64,000 nucleotides of DNA from an uncultured Syntrophobacteraceae bacterium (GTDB lineage: Bacteria > Desulfobacterota > Binatia > UBA9968). The translations under genes were made by a program, and so were the position numbers. The notes beneath the pieces were generated by a model that made no database searches, was not told where the DNA came from, and was given only the letters and a program-made list of their open reading frames with translations. Every line of letters begins with the position of its first letter. Positions within the stretch are counted from its first letter, which is position 1. Shown piece after piece: positions 19,698-28,709 of this stretch. The DNA lies in NCBI GenBank assembly GCA_964404195.1, contig CAYOJC010000006.1, forward strand, positions 16,820 to 80,819, read 5' to 3'.

Positions 19698-21992
19698 ATG
19701 AAAACCATCGCATTATCACGGAGACAGTTTCTCAAAGGCACCGGCGCATTGGTTGTTAGTTTCAACCTCTTTCCCTCGCTATCACCGGTCTTCGGACAAA
19801 CGACAGTCGGCCCCGGGATTGACGCGGACCCGACATCACTTGATTCATGGCTCGCGGTGGCACCGGACGGTACTGTCACCGTTTTTAGCGGAAAGGTAGA
19901 TCTGGGCACGGGTGTTGAAACCGCGCTGGCGCAAATCGTGGCGGAAGAGTTGGACGTGCCGTTCGGTCGCATCAAAATGATCGGCTTGGATACGACGAAA
20001 GCGATCAACCAAGGGACAACCGCCGGCAGCCGAACCATTGAACGAGGCGGACCGCAGTTGCGCCAGGCCGCCGCAGCGGCAAGGCAGGAACTGCTCAAAC
20101 TCGCTGCCGCCCGTCTCAATACGCCCGTGAACACGTTAACCGTGAAGGACGGCGTCGTGAGCGTGGCCGGAAACGGCGCGAAAAAAGTCTCCTATGGCGA
20201 ACTTATCGGCGGCAAACAGTTCAATGTAAAGATTACCGCCACCGGCACCGGCTGGGATATGAAAGTCGCGCCCGAGGTTCGCGCGAAAGATGTCAAGGAT
20301 TATACGATCGTCGGAACTTCGCAGAAACGTATCGAGCTGCCGCCCAAGCTCACCGGTGAATTTACTTACGTGCACGATGTCCGTGTCCCCGGGATGCTGC
20401 ACGGGCGCGTGGTGCGGCCGCCGACGATTACTTCGAAGCCAGCCGCCGTCGATGAAAGCTCGGTCAAAAATATTGCTGGATTAGTGAAGGTCGTACAGGA
20501 AGGAAGTTTCCTCGGCGTCGTTTGCGAGACTGAGTGGGCAGCGATCAAAGCCGCAAAGGGCCTTAAAGTGTCTTGGTCTCAGCCGGCGACCAAGATGCCC
20601 GCCAACGCGGAGGAGGTTTTTTCTTATATAAAAAACACCAAAAGCCTGCGCGACCAGGTCACCGTTAACAAAGGAAACCCCGACACAGCGCTCGGGCAAG
20701 CGAGTAAGACTTACGAAGCAACCTATCGCTGGCCGTTTCAATTGCATGGGATGATGGGTCCGTCATGCGCCGTCGCGGATGTCGGCAAAGACCGGGCGAC
20801 CCTCTATACCGGGACTCAAGGTTCTTTCGAGACGCGCAAGGCCGTTGCCGATTTATTGGGATTCCCTGAAAAGAACGTACGTGTGCTTTACCGAGAGGCG
20901 TCCGGTAGTTACGGACGGATGGGCGCCGATGATGTCTCGGAAGATGCCGCCCTACTTTCGCGCGCGGTCGGCAAGCCGGTTCGCGTGCAGTGGATGCGGG
21001 ATGACGAACATGGCTGGGAGCCCAAAGGTCCGGCGCAGTTGGATCTAGTCCGCGCCGGCGTCGACGCACAAGGCAAGATCATCGCCTGGGACTTCTCAGA
21101 TCGAGGTTTCCCTCTGACCGCTGCTTCGGGCCGAGGATTGCGCCTGCTCGCTTCGCGTCAGATCGGGATGAAACCCACGGCCGACGGAAATTCCAACGGC
21201 ACCCAGGGCGGCGGCGAGATCTACGCGTTCGAAAATCAAAAATGCGCGGCGCCGCTTATCCCATGGGTGCAAGCCGATGAGACTCCGCTGCGAACCGGGT
21301 ATTTGCGCGCTCCGGGCGACCCGGCGCGCTGCTTTGCCAGCGAATCGTTCATGGATGAGATCGCCGCAGACTTGCGCGTCGATCCGGTCGAGTTCCGACT
21401 GCGCTACTTGGGCGCCAACAAGCGCGGCGCCGAAGCATTGATCGCGGCGACGAAGCAGGCGGGTTGGAAGGAACGGCCTTCGCCTGCTGCGGTCTCGACC
21501 GGATCGAAGGCCATAGGACGGGGCGTCGCGATCTCCAATCGCGCGAATACGATTTGCGGCGCCGTAGCGGAAGTGGAAGTCGACAAAGCCACAGGCCATG
21601 TGACGGTCAAACGCTTTATTCTTTCCCATGACTGTGGACTCATCATCAACCCGGACGGGCTTAAAAACCAAATAGAAGGAAACATAATCCAGGGCGTAAG
21701 CCGCGCGCTGCTCGAAGAAGTTACTTTCGACGCCAGCGGAATCACCAGTCTCGACTGGAAGAGCTATCCGGTTATTAGATTTCCGGATGTGCCCGAGGTT
21801 GAGATCGTCTTGATCAACCGTCCCGAGATGCCGGCGCTAGGCGGCGGCGAGCCATCGAGCGCCCCCATCGCTGCGGCGATCGCCAACGCGATCTTCGACG
21901 CGACCGGCGCGCGGCTGCGCGAAGCGCCATTCACGCCGCAGCGGGTCTTGGCGGGGATGAAGGCTACGCCGGCTGCGAGTCAGAAAAGCTGA
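19698..21992 (+). CDS. iorB: molybdopterin-binding large subunit (IorB / aldehyde dehydrogenase-like) with twin-arginine signal, copy 1
   Basis: Tat motif SRRQFLKGTGALVVSF; full-length xanthine-dehydrogenase-family Mo-binding domains. Confidence 0.85.
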   Translation: MKTIALSRRQFLKGTGALVVSFNLFPSLSPVFGQTTVGPGIDADPTSLDSWLAVAPDGTVTVFSGKVDLGTGVETALAQIVAEELDVPFGRIKMIGLDTTKAINQGTTAGSRTIERGGPQLRQAAAAARQELLKLAAARLNTPVNTLTVKDGVVSVAGNGAKKVSYGELIGGKQFNVKITATGTGWDMKVAPEVRAKDVKDYTIVGTSQKRIELPPKLTGEFTYVHDVRVPGMLHGRVVRPPTITSKPAAVDESSVKNIAGLVKVVQEGSFLGVVCETEWAAIKAAKGLKVSWSQPATKMPANAEEVFSYIKNTKSLRDQVTVNKGNPDTALGQASKTYEATYRWPFQLHGMMGPSCAVADVGKDRATLYTGTQGSFETRKAVADLLGFPEKNVRVLYREASGSYGRMGADDVSEDAALLSRAVGKPVRVQWMRDDEHGWEPKGPAQLDLVRAGVDAQGKIIAWDFSDRGFPLTAASGRGLRLLASRQIGMKPTADGNSNGTQGGGEIYAFENQKCAAPLIPWVQADETPLRTGYLRAPGDPARCFASESFMDEIAADLRVDPVEFRLRYLGANKRGAEALIAATKQAGWKERPSPAAVSTGSKAIGRGVAISNRANTICGAVAEVEVDKATGHVTVKRFILSHDCGLIINPDGLKNQIEGNIIQGVSRALLEEVTFDASGITSLDWKSYPVIRFPDVPEVEIVLINRPEMPALGGGEPSSAPIAAAIANAIFDATGARLREAPFTPQRVLAGMKATPAASQKS

Positions 21993-22143
21993 TTCGGTCG
22001 AGATCGAAGATTTCCGCGCGTCACTCGCCTCCAGGTTAACCCTGGGAAAGGTTGACACGTCCTCCGGACCGATCTAAGAATCTTTCCAGCAACCATAATA
22101 GAAACGGGCCGAATCTTTTGCCCGTCGAGAAAAGGAGCCGGCC

Positions 22144-22608
22144 ATGGCGCGAATTTCGCTGAAGGTGAACGGTAAGGCGCATGTCGTGGATACCGATCCC
22201 GACACTCCGTTGCTTTACGTCCTGCGCGACGATCTGGGTCTAAACGGTCCGAAATTTGGCTGCGGTCTGTCGCAGTGCGGCGCTTGCACCGTGATCATGG
22301 AAGGCAAAGCGATCCGCTCCTGTGAGACGCCGGTCAAAGTCGCGAACAACCGCCCGGTAACGACGCTGGAAGGATTGGGATCGGTCAAGAAGATGCATCC
22401 CATCCAGAAGGCTTTTCTCGACGAGCAGGCAGTCCAGTGCGGTTACTGCATCAACGGCATGATCATGACGACCAAGGCGCTGCTAGACGCAAACCCGAAA
22501 CCGACGGATAGCCAGATCAAGGAAGCGTTGGCGGGAAACCTGTGCCGCTGCGGCACGCACACGCGCATCCTGCGCGCCGTCAAACGCGCGTCGGGCCAGA
22601 AGGTCTGA
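22144..22608 (+). CDS. iorA: (2Fe-2S)-binding small subunit, copy 2 (about 97% nucleotide identity to copy 1 except the last ~50 nt)
   Basis: Alignable base-for-base with 19217-19681. Confidence 0.85.
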   Translation: MARISLKVNGKAHVVDTDPDTPLLYVLRDDLGLNGPKFGCGLSQCGACTVIMEGKAIRSCETPVKVANNRPVTTLEGLGSVKKMHPIQKAFLDEQAVQCGYCINGMIMTTKALLDANPKPTDSQIKEALAGNLCRCGTHTRILRAVKRASGQKV

Positions 22609-22624
22609 AAAAGGAGCAAGGAAA

Positions 22625-24904
22625 ATGAAGACGATAGAAGTTTCCCGCAGACAATTTCTCAAAGGCGCCGGCGCGCTCGTCGTGAGCTTCAGCCTTTTTC
22701 CAGCGATGCGAGATGTCTTCGCCGCCCAGTTCGCGACCTTGCCTTCCGGCGACATCGATCCCCAGTCGCTCGATTCCTGGCTCGCGATCGGCAAGGACGG
22801 CAGCGTCACGTTCTACACCAGCAAAGTCGAGCTCGGCACCGGCACCATCACGGCCTTGGCGCAGATCGTCGCGGAAGAACTGGACGTGTCGTTCGACCGC
22901 ATCAAAATGGTTTACGGCGACACTTCTCAAACAATCGAGCAAGGCTCCACCGTCGGGAGCCGCAGCATCGAGCGCGCCGGCCCGCAGGTCAGGCAGGCCG
23001 CGGCGGCGGCGCGCCAGGAGTTGCTCAAGCTTGCCGCGGCGCGGCTCGGCGCGCCCGTCGAAAAGCTCACGGTCCAAAACGGCGTGGTCAGCGACGGCGC
23101 GAAAAAAATTTCCTACGGCCAACTGATCGGCGGCCAGCGCTTCAACACCAAGATCACCGCCACCGGCGCCGGCAACGACATGAAGGTCGCGCCGGAAGTG
23201 AAGGCCAAAAATCCCAAGGATTACAAGATCGTCGGCCAGCCGGTGAAGCGCATGGACTTGCCCGGCAAGCTTACCGGAGAACACCTCTACGCGCACGACG
23301 TGCGCATTCCCGGGATGCTGCACGGCCGCGTGGTCCGTCCACCGGTTGTCAACACCGAGCCGACGAATATCGACGAGAGCTCAGTTAAAAATATTCCCGG
23401 CTTCGTGAAGGTCGTTCGCGAGGGAAGCTTTGTCGGCGTCGTGGCCAAGACGCAGTGGGCCGCGATCAAAGCCGCCGAAGCGCTGAAGGTTACCTGGGCC
23501 CCTCCCACGACGAAGCTGCCGGCGACCCCAGAGGCGCTATTCGCTTACTTGAAAAACACCAAGCCAGCGCGCACGCTCAAGGCGGTGGAGAAAGGGAATC
23601 CGGCAGAAGCTTTCGGCAAGGCCAAGAAGACCTATCAGGCGAGCTATCGCTGGCCTTTTCAAATGCACGGCATGATCGGTCCGTCTTGCGCCATCGCCGA
23701 CGTCAAAGGCGACAAGGCAACGATCTGGTCGGGGCCGCAGGGGCCGTTCAGGACGCGCGCGACGGTCGCGACCCTGCTAAAAATACCGGAGCAGAACGTG
23801 CGTGTGATCTACCACGAAGCGTCGGGTTCCTACGGGCGCATGAGCACCGACGACGGCGCCGAAGACGCGGCGCTGCTTTCCCGCGGGGCGGGCGCGCCGG
23901 TGCGCGTCCAGTGGTCGCGCCAGGACGAACACGGCTGGGAACCCAAAGGTCCGGCGCAGTTGGACGAGGTGAAAGCGGCGATCGACGGCGATGGCAAGCT
24001 CGTCGCCTGGGATTTCGTCGACTACGGCCAACCGTGGACGGCTTCAGGATCGACGCCGTTGCTCGCTTCGCTGCAGGTCGGCATCAAGCCCAATAATCCC
24101 GGCGGGTCCAACGGCACGCAGAGCGCCGGAGAGATTTACGCGGTTCCCAATCAAAAAATCGTCGCCGAGCATATCAACTGGCACTTTGCGGAACCGATTC
24201 CTTTGCGCACGAGCAATCTCCGCGCTCCCGGCGACCTGGCGCGCTGCTTCGCGAGCGAGTGTTTCCTCGACGAGATCGCGGCCGATCTCGGCGCCGATCC
24301 GGTCGAATTTCGCCTGCGCCACACGGCGGAGCCGCGCGGCACGGACTGTCTCAAGGCGGCCGCCGACAAAGCGCAGTGGCAAAAGCGTCCGTCGCCCGCG
24401 CCGGCCCAGAGCGGGAATATCGCCAAAGGGCGCGGTGTCGCGCTCACGCGCAGAGCGGGCGCGTATGCCGCAGCGGTGGCGGACGTCGAAGTGAACACGA
24501 CGACCGGCAAGGTCGTCGTCAAGCGCATCGTCTGTTCGCACGACTGCGGACTGATCGTCAATCCCGACGGCGTCAGCAATCAGATCGAAGGCAACGTGAT
24601 TCAAGGCGTGAGCCGCGCGCTGTTCGAAGAGGTCACCTTCGATGAGAAAGGCGTGACCAGCCTGGATTGGAAGACGTATCCGATTCTTAAATTCAGCGAC
24701 GTGCCGGAAATTGAAATCGTGCTCATCAACCGGCCCGAGATGCCGTCGCTGGGCGCGGGCGAGCCGTCGACGATCCCCGTGCCGGCCGCGATCGCCAACG
24801 CGATCTTCGACGCGACCGGCGCGCGCCTGCGCGAAGCGCCATTCACGCCGGCGCGGGTGCTGGCGGCGCTGAAGGAAACAAAGGCGGGAAGTCAGAAGGG
24901 TTGA
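22625..24904 (+). CDS. iorB: molybdopterin-binding large subunit with Tat signal, copy 2 (only ~60-65% aa identity to copy 1)
   Basis: Tat motif SRRQFLKGAGALVVSF; collinear with copy 1 over the full length. Confidence 0.85.
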   Translation: MKTIEVSRRQFLKGAGALVVSFSLFPAMRDVFAAQFATLPSGDIDPQSLDSWLAIGKDGSVTFYTSKVELGTGTITALAQIVAEELDVSFDRIKMVYGDTSQTIEQGSTVGSRSIERAGPQVRQAAAAARQELLKLAAARLGAPVEKLTVQNGVVSDGAKKISYGQLIGGQRFNTKITATGAGNDMKVAPEVKAKNPKDYKIVGQPVKRMDLPGKLTGEHLYAHDVRIPGMLHGRVVRPPVVNTEPTNIDESSVKNIPGFVKVVREGSFVGVVAKTQWAAIKAAEALKVTWAPPTTKLPATPEALFAYLKNTKPARTLKAVEKGNPAEAFGKAKKTYQASYRWPFQMHGMIGPSCAIADVKGDKATIWSGPQGPFRTRATVATLLKIPEQNVRVIYHEASGSYGRMSTDDGAEDAALLSRGAGAPVRVQWSRQDEHGWEPKGPAQLDEVKAAIDGDGKLVAWDFVDYGQPWTASGSTPLLASLQVGIKPNNPGGSNGTQSAGEIYAVPNQKIVAEHINWHFAEPIPLRTSNLRAPGDLARCFASECFLDEIAADLGADPVEFRLRHTAEPRGTDCLKAAADKAQWQKRPSPAPAQSGNIAKGRGVALTRRAGAYAAAVADVEVNTTTGKVVVKRIVCSHDCGLIVNPDGVSNQIEGNVIQGVSRALFEEVTFDEKGVTSLDWKTYPILKFSDVPEIEIVLINRPEMPSLGAGEPSTIPVPAAIANAIFDATGARLREAPFTPARVLAALKETKAGSQKG

Positions 24905-24953
24905 TCGCCGGCCGAACTTTTATTTCGCGCGCGCGGAACTGGCTGAGCACGGC

Positions 24954-25844
24954 TCACAGCAGCCGCGGCGCGATTTCGCGCCATTGCGGCATCGGTAGCG
25001 CCCGCGGGTCCGCCGTGAGCACCTGCACGCAAACGTGGTCTGCGCCCGCGGCCCGATGCGCGCGAACCCGCTCGACGATTGCCGTCATGTCACCCCAGGC
25101 CACGATCGCGTCCACCAGCCGATCGCTGCCGCCGTTTGCGAGTTCCTCTTCGGTAAAGCCGAGAGCGCGCAAGTTATTCAAATAGTTCGGCAGCTTGAGA
25201 TACATCGACATATGCGAGCGGGCAATCGCGCGCGCTTTGCCCGCGTCGGTTTCAAGCACGATGGCCTGCTCGACCGCCAGGATTCGATCCGCTCCTAAAA
25301 TCTCTCGCGCGCGCGCCGTGTGTTCCGGCGGCGCGAAATAAGTGTGAGCGCCGTTGGCTCGCTCCGCGGCGAGCTGCAACATCTTAGGTCCGAGCGCCGC
25401 CAACATCCGAAGAGGCTTCACGTTGGGAAGGACGGCACGGTAGGGCGCCCGGTCCATCGCATCCAAATATGCGCGCATAGAGGCGACCGGTTTGCCGTAA
25501 CGATGGCCTCTCGACTCGACCAACGGAATGTGGCTTACGCCGAGGCCGAGCAGAAAACGATTGGGGTAGGCTTCAGCCAACGTATTCTGCGCAGCGGCCA
25601 TAGTCACCGGATCGCGCGCGTAAATGTTTGCAATGCCGGTCGCGACGACGATTTGACGGCTGGCAGCCAGAAGCAATCCCGCATGCGTGAGCGCTTCACG
25701 GCCGACACTTTCGGGGAACCAAATGGCTCCGAAGCCGAGTTGTTCGAGCTCCGCAGTTGCTTCTTGAGCCTTGGCGGCAGGCTGGTAATCGAACTGCGCC
25801 GTCCAGATTCCGATCGGGCCGAGTTCCATCGTCGATGAGCTCAT
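24954..25844 (-). CDS. LLM-class F420-dependent oxidoreductase (luciferase-like monooxygenase fold)
   Basis: MELGPIGIWTAQFDYQ...GFGAIWFPESVGREALTHAGLLLA... typical of the F420-dependent LLM TIM-barrel family. Start placed at MSSST (cat at 25842-25844). Confidence 0.8.
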   Translation of the reverse strand: MSSSTMELGPIGIWTAQFDYQPAAKAQEATAELEQLGFGAIWFPESVGREALTHAGLLLAASRQIVVATGIANIYARDPVTMAAAQNTLAEAYPNRFLLGLGVSHIPLVESRGHRYGKPVASMRAYLDAMDRAPYRAVLPNVKPLRMLAALGPKMLQLAAERANGAHTYFAPPEHTARAREILGADRILAVEQAIVLETDAGKARAIARSHMSMYLKLPNYLNNLRALGFTEEELANGGSDRLVDAIVAWGDMTAIVERVRAHRAAGADHVCVQVLTADPRALPMPQWREIAPRLL

Positions 25845-25925
25845 GGTTTCCCCCTTACGCTTCGATGAGTTCACCATAGCAGATGGAGGATATTTGGGAA
25901 CGTCTGCTGCGAGCCTTCAACAATC

Positions 25926-26042
25926 CTGCCGGCAGTGATTGCCAATGTGATCTTCGACGCGACCGGCGCGCCTGTGCGATGTGCCGTTCGCACCGGCACG
26001 GGTTATGTGGGCTATGGGGAAAAACGGGGCTGGAAATCAGAA
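25926..26042 (+). pseudogene. 3-prime remnant (~38 codons) of a third iorB-like large-subunit gene
   Basis: gtgattgccaatgtgatcttcgacgcgaccggcgcg matches the conserved IANAIFDATGAR C-terminal block of both iorB copies, then diverges to a stop. No upstream coding sequence. Confidence 0.7.
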
Positions 26043-26091
26043 TAGTTGATCGGATATTCTGCAATCAAGCTGAAGGGCGTTGGAAATTATC

Positions 26092-26307
26092 TCACGGGCT
26101 CACAGGGGTCAGGCTGAAGACGCGGGATAAACCCGCCGCGTTTTTCAGATCACCGCGACGCAGCGCAGTACGGACATCATCCAGCTTGTATGCATCCTCC
26201 AGCGACAAGTACGGCGACCAACCGTCATCAGTCTCGATGAGTTCAACATCAACTTCGGCCACGTACTGCCCCTCATGGACAAGCTTTGTATGCCGCCTTT
26301 TCGTCAT
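26092..26307 (-). CDS. hypothetical small protein (71 aa), last gene of a four-gene minus-strand cassette
   Basis: Intact ORF MTKRRHTKLVHEGQYVAEVDVELIETDDGW...; no family assignable by eye. Confidence 0.4.
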   Translation of the reverse strand: MTKRRHTKLVHEGQYVAEVDVELIETDDGWSPYLSLEDAYKLDDVRTALRRGDLKNAAGLSRVFSLTPVSP

Positions 26308-26386
26308 GTTTTCCTCCTCGTGAAATCTTCAGACCACGTTCAACCATCAAATTCTACAACGGGTCTCCTGGTGAAAGGAATCTTGG

Positions 26387-26767
26387 CTAGACCACAATCT
26401 CCAGGTGTAGCTCATCTGCTACGCGAGGAGTCTTCTTCCGGCCCTTATCGCTGGCGAGATCTATCAAGCCTGCTTGAGCCAGGCTCTGAATGTCTTCATA
26501 GACCCGCTTGAAATCCCGGTGGGCCATAGATGCGAGATCATTGATGGAGGCAGGTCGGCGCTTGCGGATGAGGCGGATCAGCTCCAGTCTCTTCGGGGTG
26601 AGGAACTGCCTTAAAGCCTCGGGGCTCGTGAAGAAAAGGCGATGGCCTTTGGGCCTGACCTTTTTTCCTGCTGCAACACTCTTCATAGTTTCGGCTGTTT
26701 CCCTCAACACATCGTCTGTGCTGCGAATACCCATCTTGACCCTCTTAGGTTTCTTTGCTGGCCTCAC
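26387..26767 (-). CDS. winged-helix/HTH DNA-binding protein (putative antitoxin or cassette regulator)
   Basis: Basic N-terminus then LELIRLIRKRRPASINDLASMAHRDFKRVYEDIQSLAQAGLI wHTH-like segment. Confidence 0.5.
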   Translation of the reverse strand: MRPAKKPKRVKMGIRSTDDVLRETAETMKSVAAGKKVRPKGHRLFFTSPEALRQFLTPKRLELIRLIRKRRPASINDLASMAHRDFKRVYEDIQSLAQAGLIDLASDKGRKKTPRVADELHLEIVV

Positions 26768-26790
26768 AATATTTGCTACGGCCTCATTCC

Positions 26791-27012
26791 TTACAAGGCC
26801 TTTAGAAACTCTTCCTCCGAGATTTGCGCGTCACGGAGGATCGATCGTAACGTCGAGGGCCTCAGTTCTTCGCGAGGATGCATGTAGACGTAGACAAGCC
26901 GCCCGTCCGGATGAAGCCACTTCTGATGACTACCTTTTTGATGTTGAAGAACAAAGCCGAGTTTTCCTAATGCTCGGACAAAGCGTGATTTGGTAATAGC
27001 CGGGAGGTTCAA
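26791..27012 (-). CDS. hicA: type II toxin HicA (mRNA interferase)
   Basis: FVRALGKLGFVLQHQKGSHQKWLHPDGRLVYV...TLRSILRDAQISEEEF is the HicA dsRBD-like signature. Confidence 0.85.
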   Translation of the reverse strand: MNLPAITKSRFVRALGKLGFVLQHQKGSHQKWLHPDGRLVYVYMHPREELRPSTLRSILRDAQISEEEFLKAL

Positions 27013-27245
27013 CCTGCCGCTCGGATTCGAACCACTTCCAGATTGGATCGACTTTCGGCTGGCGGCTTGGAACCTTCTTGGCGCATGCTATCAATGGCGA
27101 ATTGAGTCAGGGATTGGGCGCGCTTCAATGCGATCGAGCGGGTTTTTCCTTGAGCCGTCGCATGTAGGAGAGGAACGTTGGCCACCCACCACCCACCTTC
27201 GGTCTTTTGAAGAATAACCGTATAGCTCCGGCTCATGCGGCTCAT
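27009..27245 (-). CDS. hicB: HicB-family antitoxin (short form without DNA-binding domain)
   Basis: YTVILQKTEGGWWVANVPLLHATAQGKT...SL UPF0150/HicB N-domain pattern; overlaps hicA by 4 nt. Confidence 0.7.
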   Translation of the reverse strand: MSRMSRSYTVILQKTEGGWWVANVPLLHATAQGKTRSIALKRAQSLTQFAIDSMRQEGSKPPAESRSNLEVVRIRAAG

Positions 27246-27266
27246 TGTGACAAGCGAAAGAATAAA

Positions 27267-27392
27267 AAGCAACGACTAATTCACGTGGCTCCAGGCGTGG
27301 TAGGAGCTGCGGACCAGCGGGCCGGATTCGACGTGGCGGAAGCCGAGCTTGTCGGCGTCGGTTTTGAGCTGGTAAAATTCATCAGTGGTCAC
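27267..27392 (-). pseudogene. lipA: 3-prime remnant (~41 codons) of lipoyl synthase lipA
   Basis: Translates to [38 protein letters not shown], the conserved LipA C-terminus; opens directly after an in-frame TAA, so no N-terminal part. Confidence 0.75.
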
Positions 27393-27539
27393 TTAACGCT
27401 CAACTCTATCCTAGTCTTGCCCTCTGACAAGCCGAAGGCGAGTCCGCCTGGAGCAGCGTCGGATGTAGGCGACCTCGTATAAATCATCGGAGACAATGCG
27501 ATAGATGCGCCGCCAACGCGGTATGGAGCAGTCCGTGGA

Positions 27540-28175
27540 CTACGTCATTGGAATCATAATATGCGTCTGGTACGGTGTCCGCTTGCAGAGGCGCTCGTAC
27601 CATGCGCTTAAATGACCCAACTTGGGTCGCTCGATCGGCAGGTTGAACCAGCGGTAAGCCCACACGCCCAGCGGAATATCCCCAATCGTAAAAGCTTCGC
27701 CCGCGAGAAAAGTGTTTTTCGCGAGTTGGTCATCGACGATCTTCCACGCCTTGGTCGTTTTCTCCACGGCGGCTTCGATCGCCGCGCGGTCGCGCTTATC
27801 CTCCGGCGTGCGGACCAGGCCCCAAAAAAGCGGCACGATGCCTGGATTTAACGTGCTTAACTGCCAGTCCATCCAGCGGCTGGCGTTGGCTCGTCCTTCT
27901 GCGCTTGGTGGAAGCAGCTTTCCAGCGCCGTATTTTTCCACGAGGTAACGCACAATGGTATTCGATTCCCACAGAACAAAGCTGCCGTCTTCGATCGTCG
28001 GCACGAGCCCGTTCGGATTCATGTCGAGATAGGGTTTTTCTTTATTCCCGCCGAATTTGCCGCCGAGGTCCACGCGGTCGAACGCGATGCCGAGCTCGGC
28101 GCAGCACCAAAGGACCTTTTGCACGTTGGAAGAATCTCTTCTGCCCCAGATCTTTATCTTCGTCGCTGCCGACAT
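27540..28175 (-). CDS. glutathione S-transferase
   Basis: IKIWGRRDSSNVQKVLWCCAELGI...LDMNPNGLVPTIEDGSFVLWESNTIVRYL thioredoxin-like GST N-domain; start at MSAATK. Confidence 0.85.
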   Translation of the reverse strand: MSAATKIKIWGRRDSSNVQKVLWCCAELGIAFDRVDLGGKFGGNKEKPYLDMNPNGLVPTIEDGSFVLWESNTIVRYLVEKYGAGKLLPPSAEGRANASRWMDWQLSTLNPGIVPLFWGLVRTPEDKRDRAAIEAAVEKTTKAWKIVDDQLAKNTFLAGEAFTIGDIPLGVWAYRWFNLPIERPKLGHLSAWYERLCKRTPYQTHIMIPMT

Positions 28176-28302
28176 AAACGCCTCCTGCTGTCCGTCGAGA
28201 CATAACACCCTTTGTGGTCGAAGTGTAGCAGGCCACTACCGCTTTTCTCCGTGATCTGCTAAGTAAAAAGATTCGCGGCAGAGAGAAACTACAGGGGGAG
28301 TT

Positions 28303-28680
28303 ATGGCGCGAAAATTGGCTTGGTGGGGGACGTTGATTTTGGTTTTGGTCCTGGCCCAGGCTGTGAAGGCCCAAGACAAAGCCGAAGGCAAAAAATACTA
28401 CGTCACCTATTGCTCCGGTTGCCACGGCGAGACGGGGAAAGGGGACGGCCTCGCTGCGGTATCCCTTCCGGTCAAGCCGACTAATCATACCGACGGGACG
28501 GCCATGAACCAGATTCCGGATAAAGTCCTCGGCGAGATCATCTCGAAAGGCGGCCAGGCGGTCGGAAAATCGCCGTTTATGCCGGGTTGGGGCAGCCAGC
28601 TCAACGACAAGCAGGTCCGCGACGTGGTTGCCTATGTCCGCAGCCTGGCCACTCCACCCTACGCGCCCCCCGGCAAGTAA
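28303..28680 (+). CDS. class I c-type cytochrome with signal peptide
   Basis: Signal peptide, heme motif CSGCHG, distal Met in PFMPGW. Confidence 0.85.
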   Translation: MARKLAWWGTLILVLVLAQAVKAQDKAEGKKYYVTYCSGCHGETGKGDGLAAVSLPVKPTNHTDGTAMNQIPDKVLGEIISKGGQAVGKSPFMPGWGSQLNDKQVRDVVAYVRSLATPPYAPPGK

Positions 28681-28709
28681 AAAAAGGCAAGAAAAAATTA
28701 GCTAGGCCC

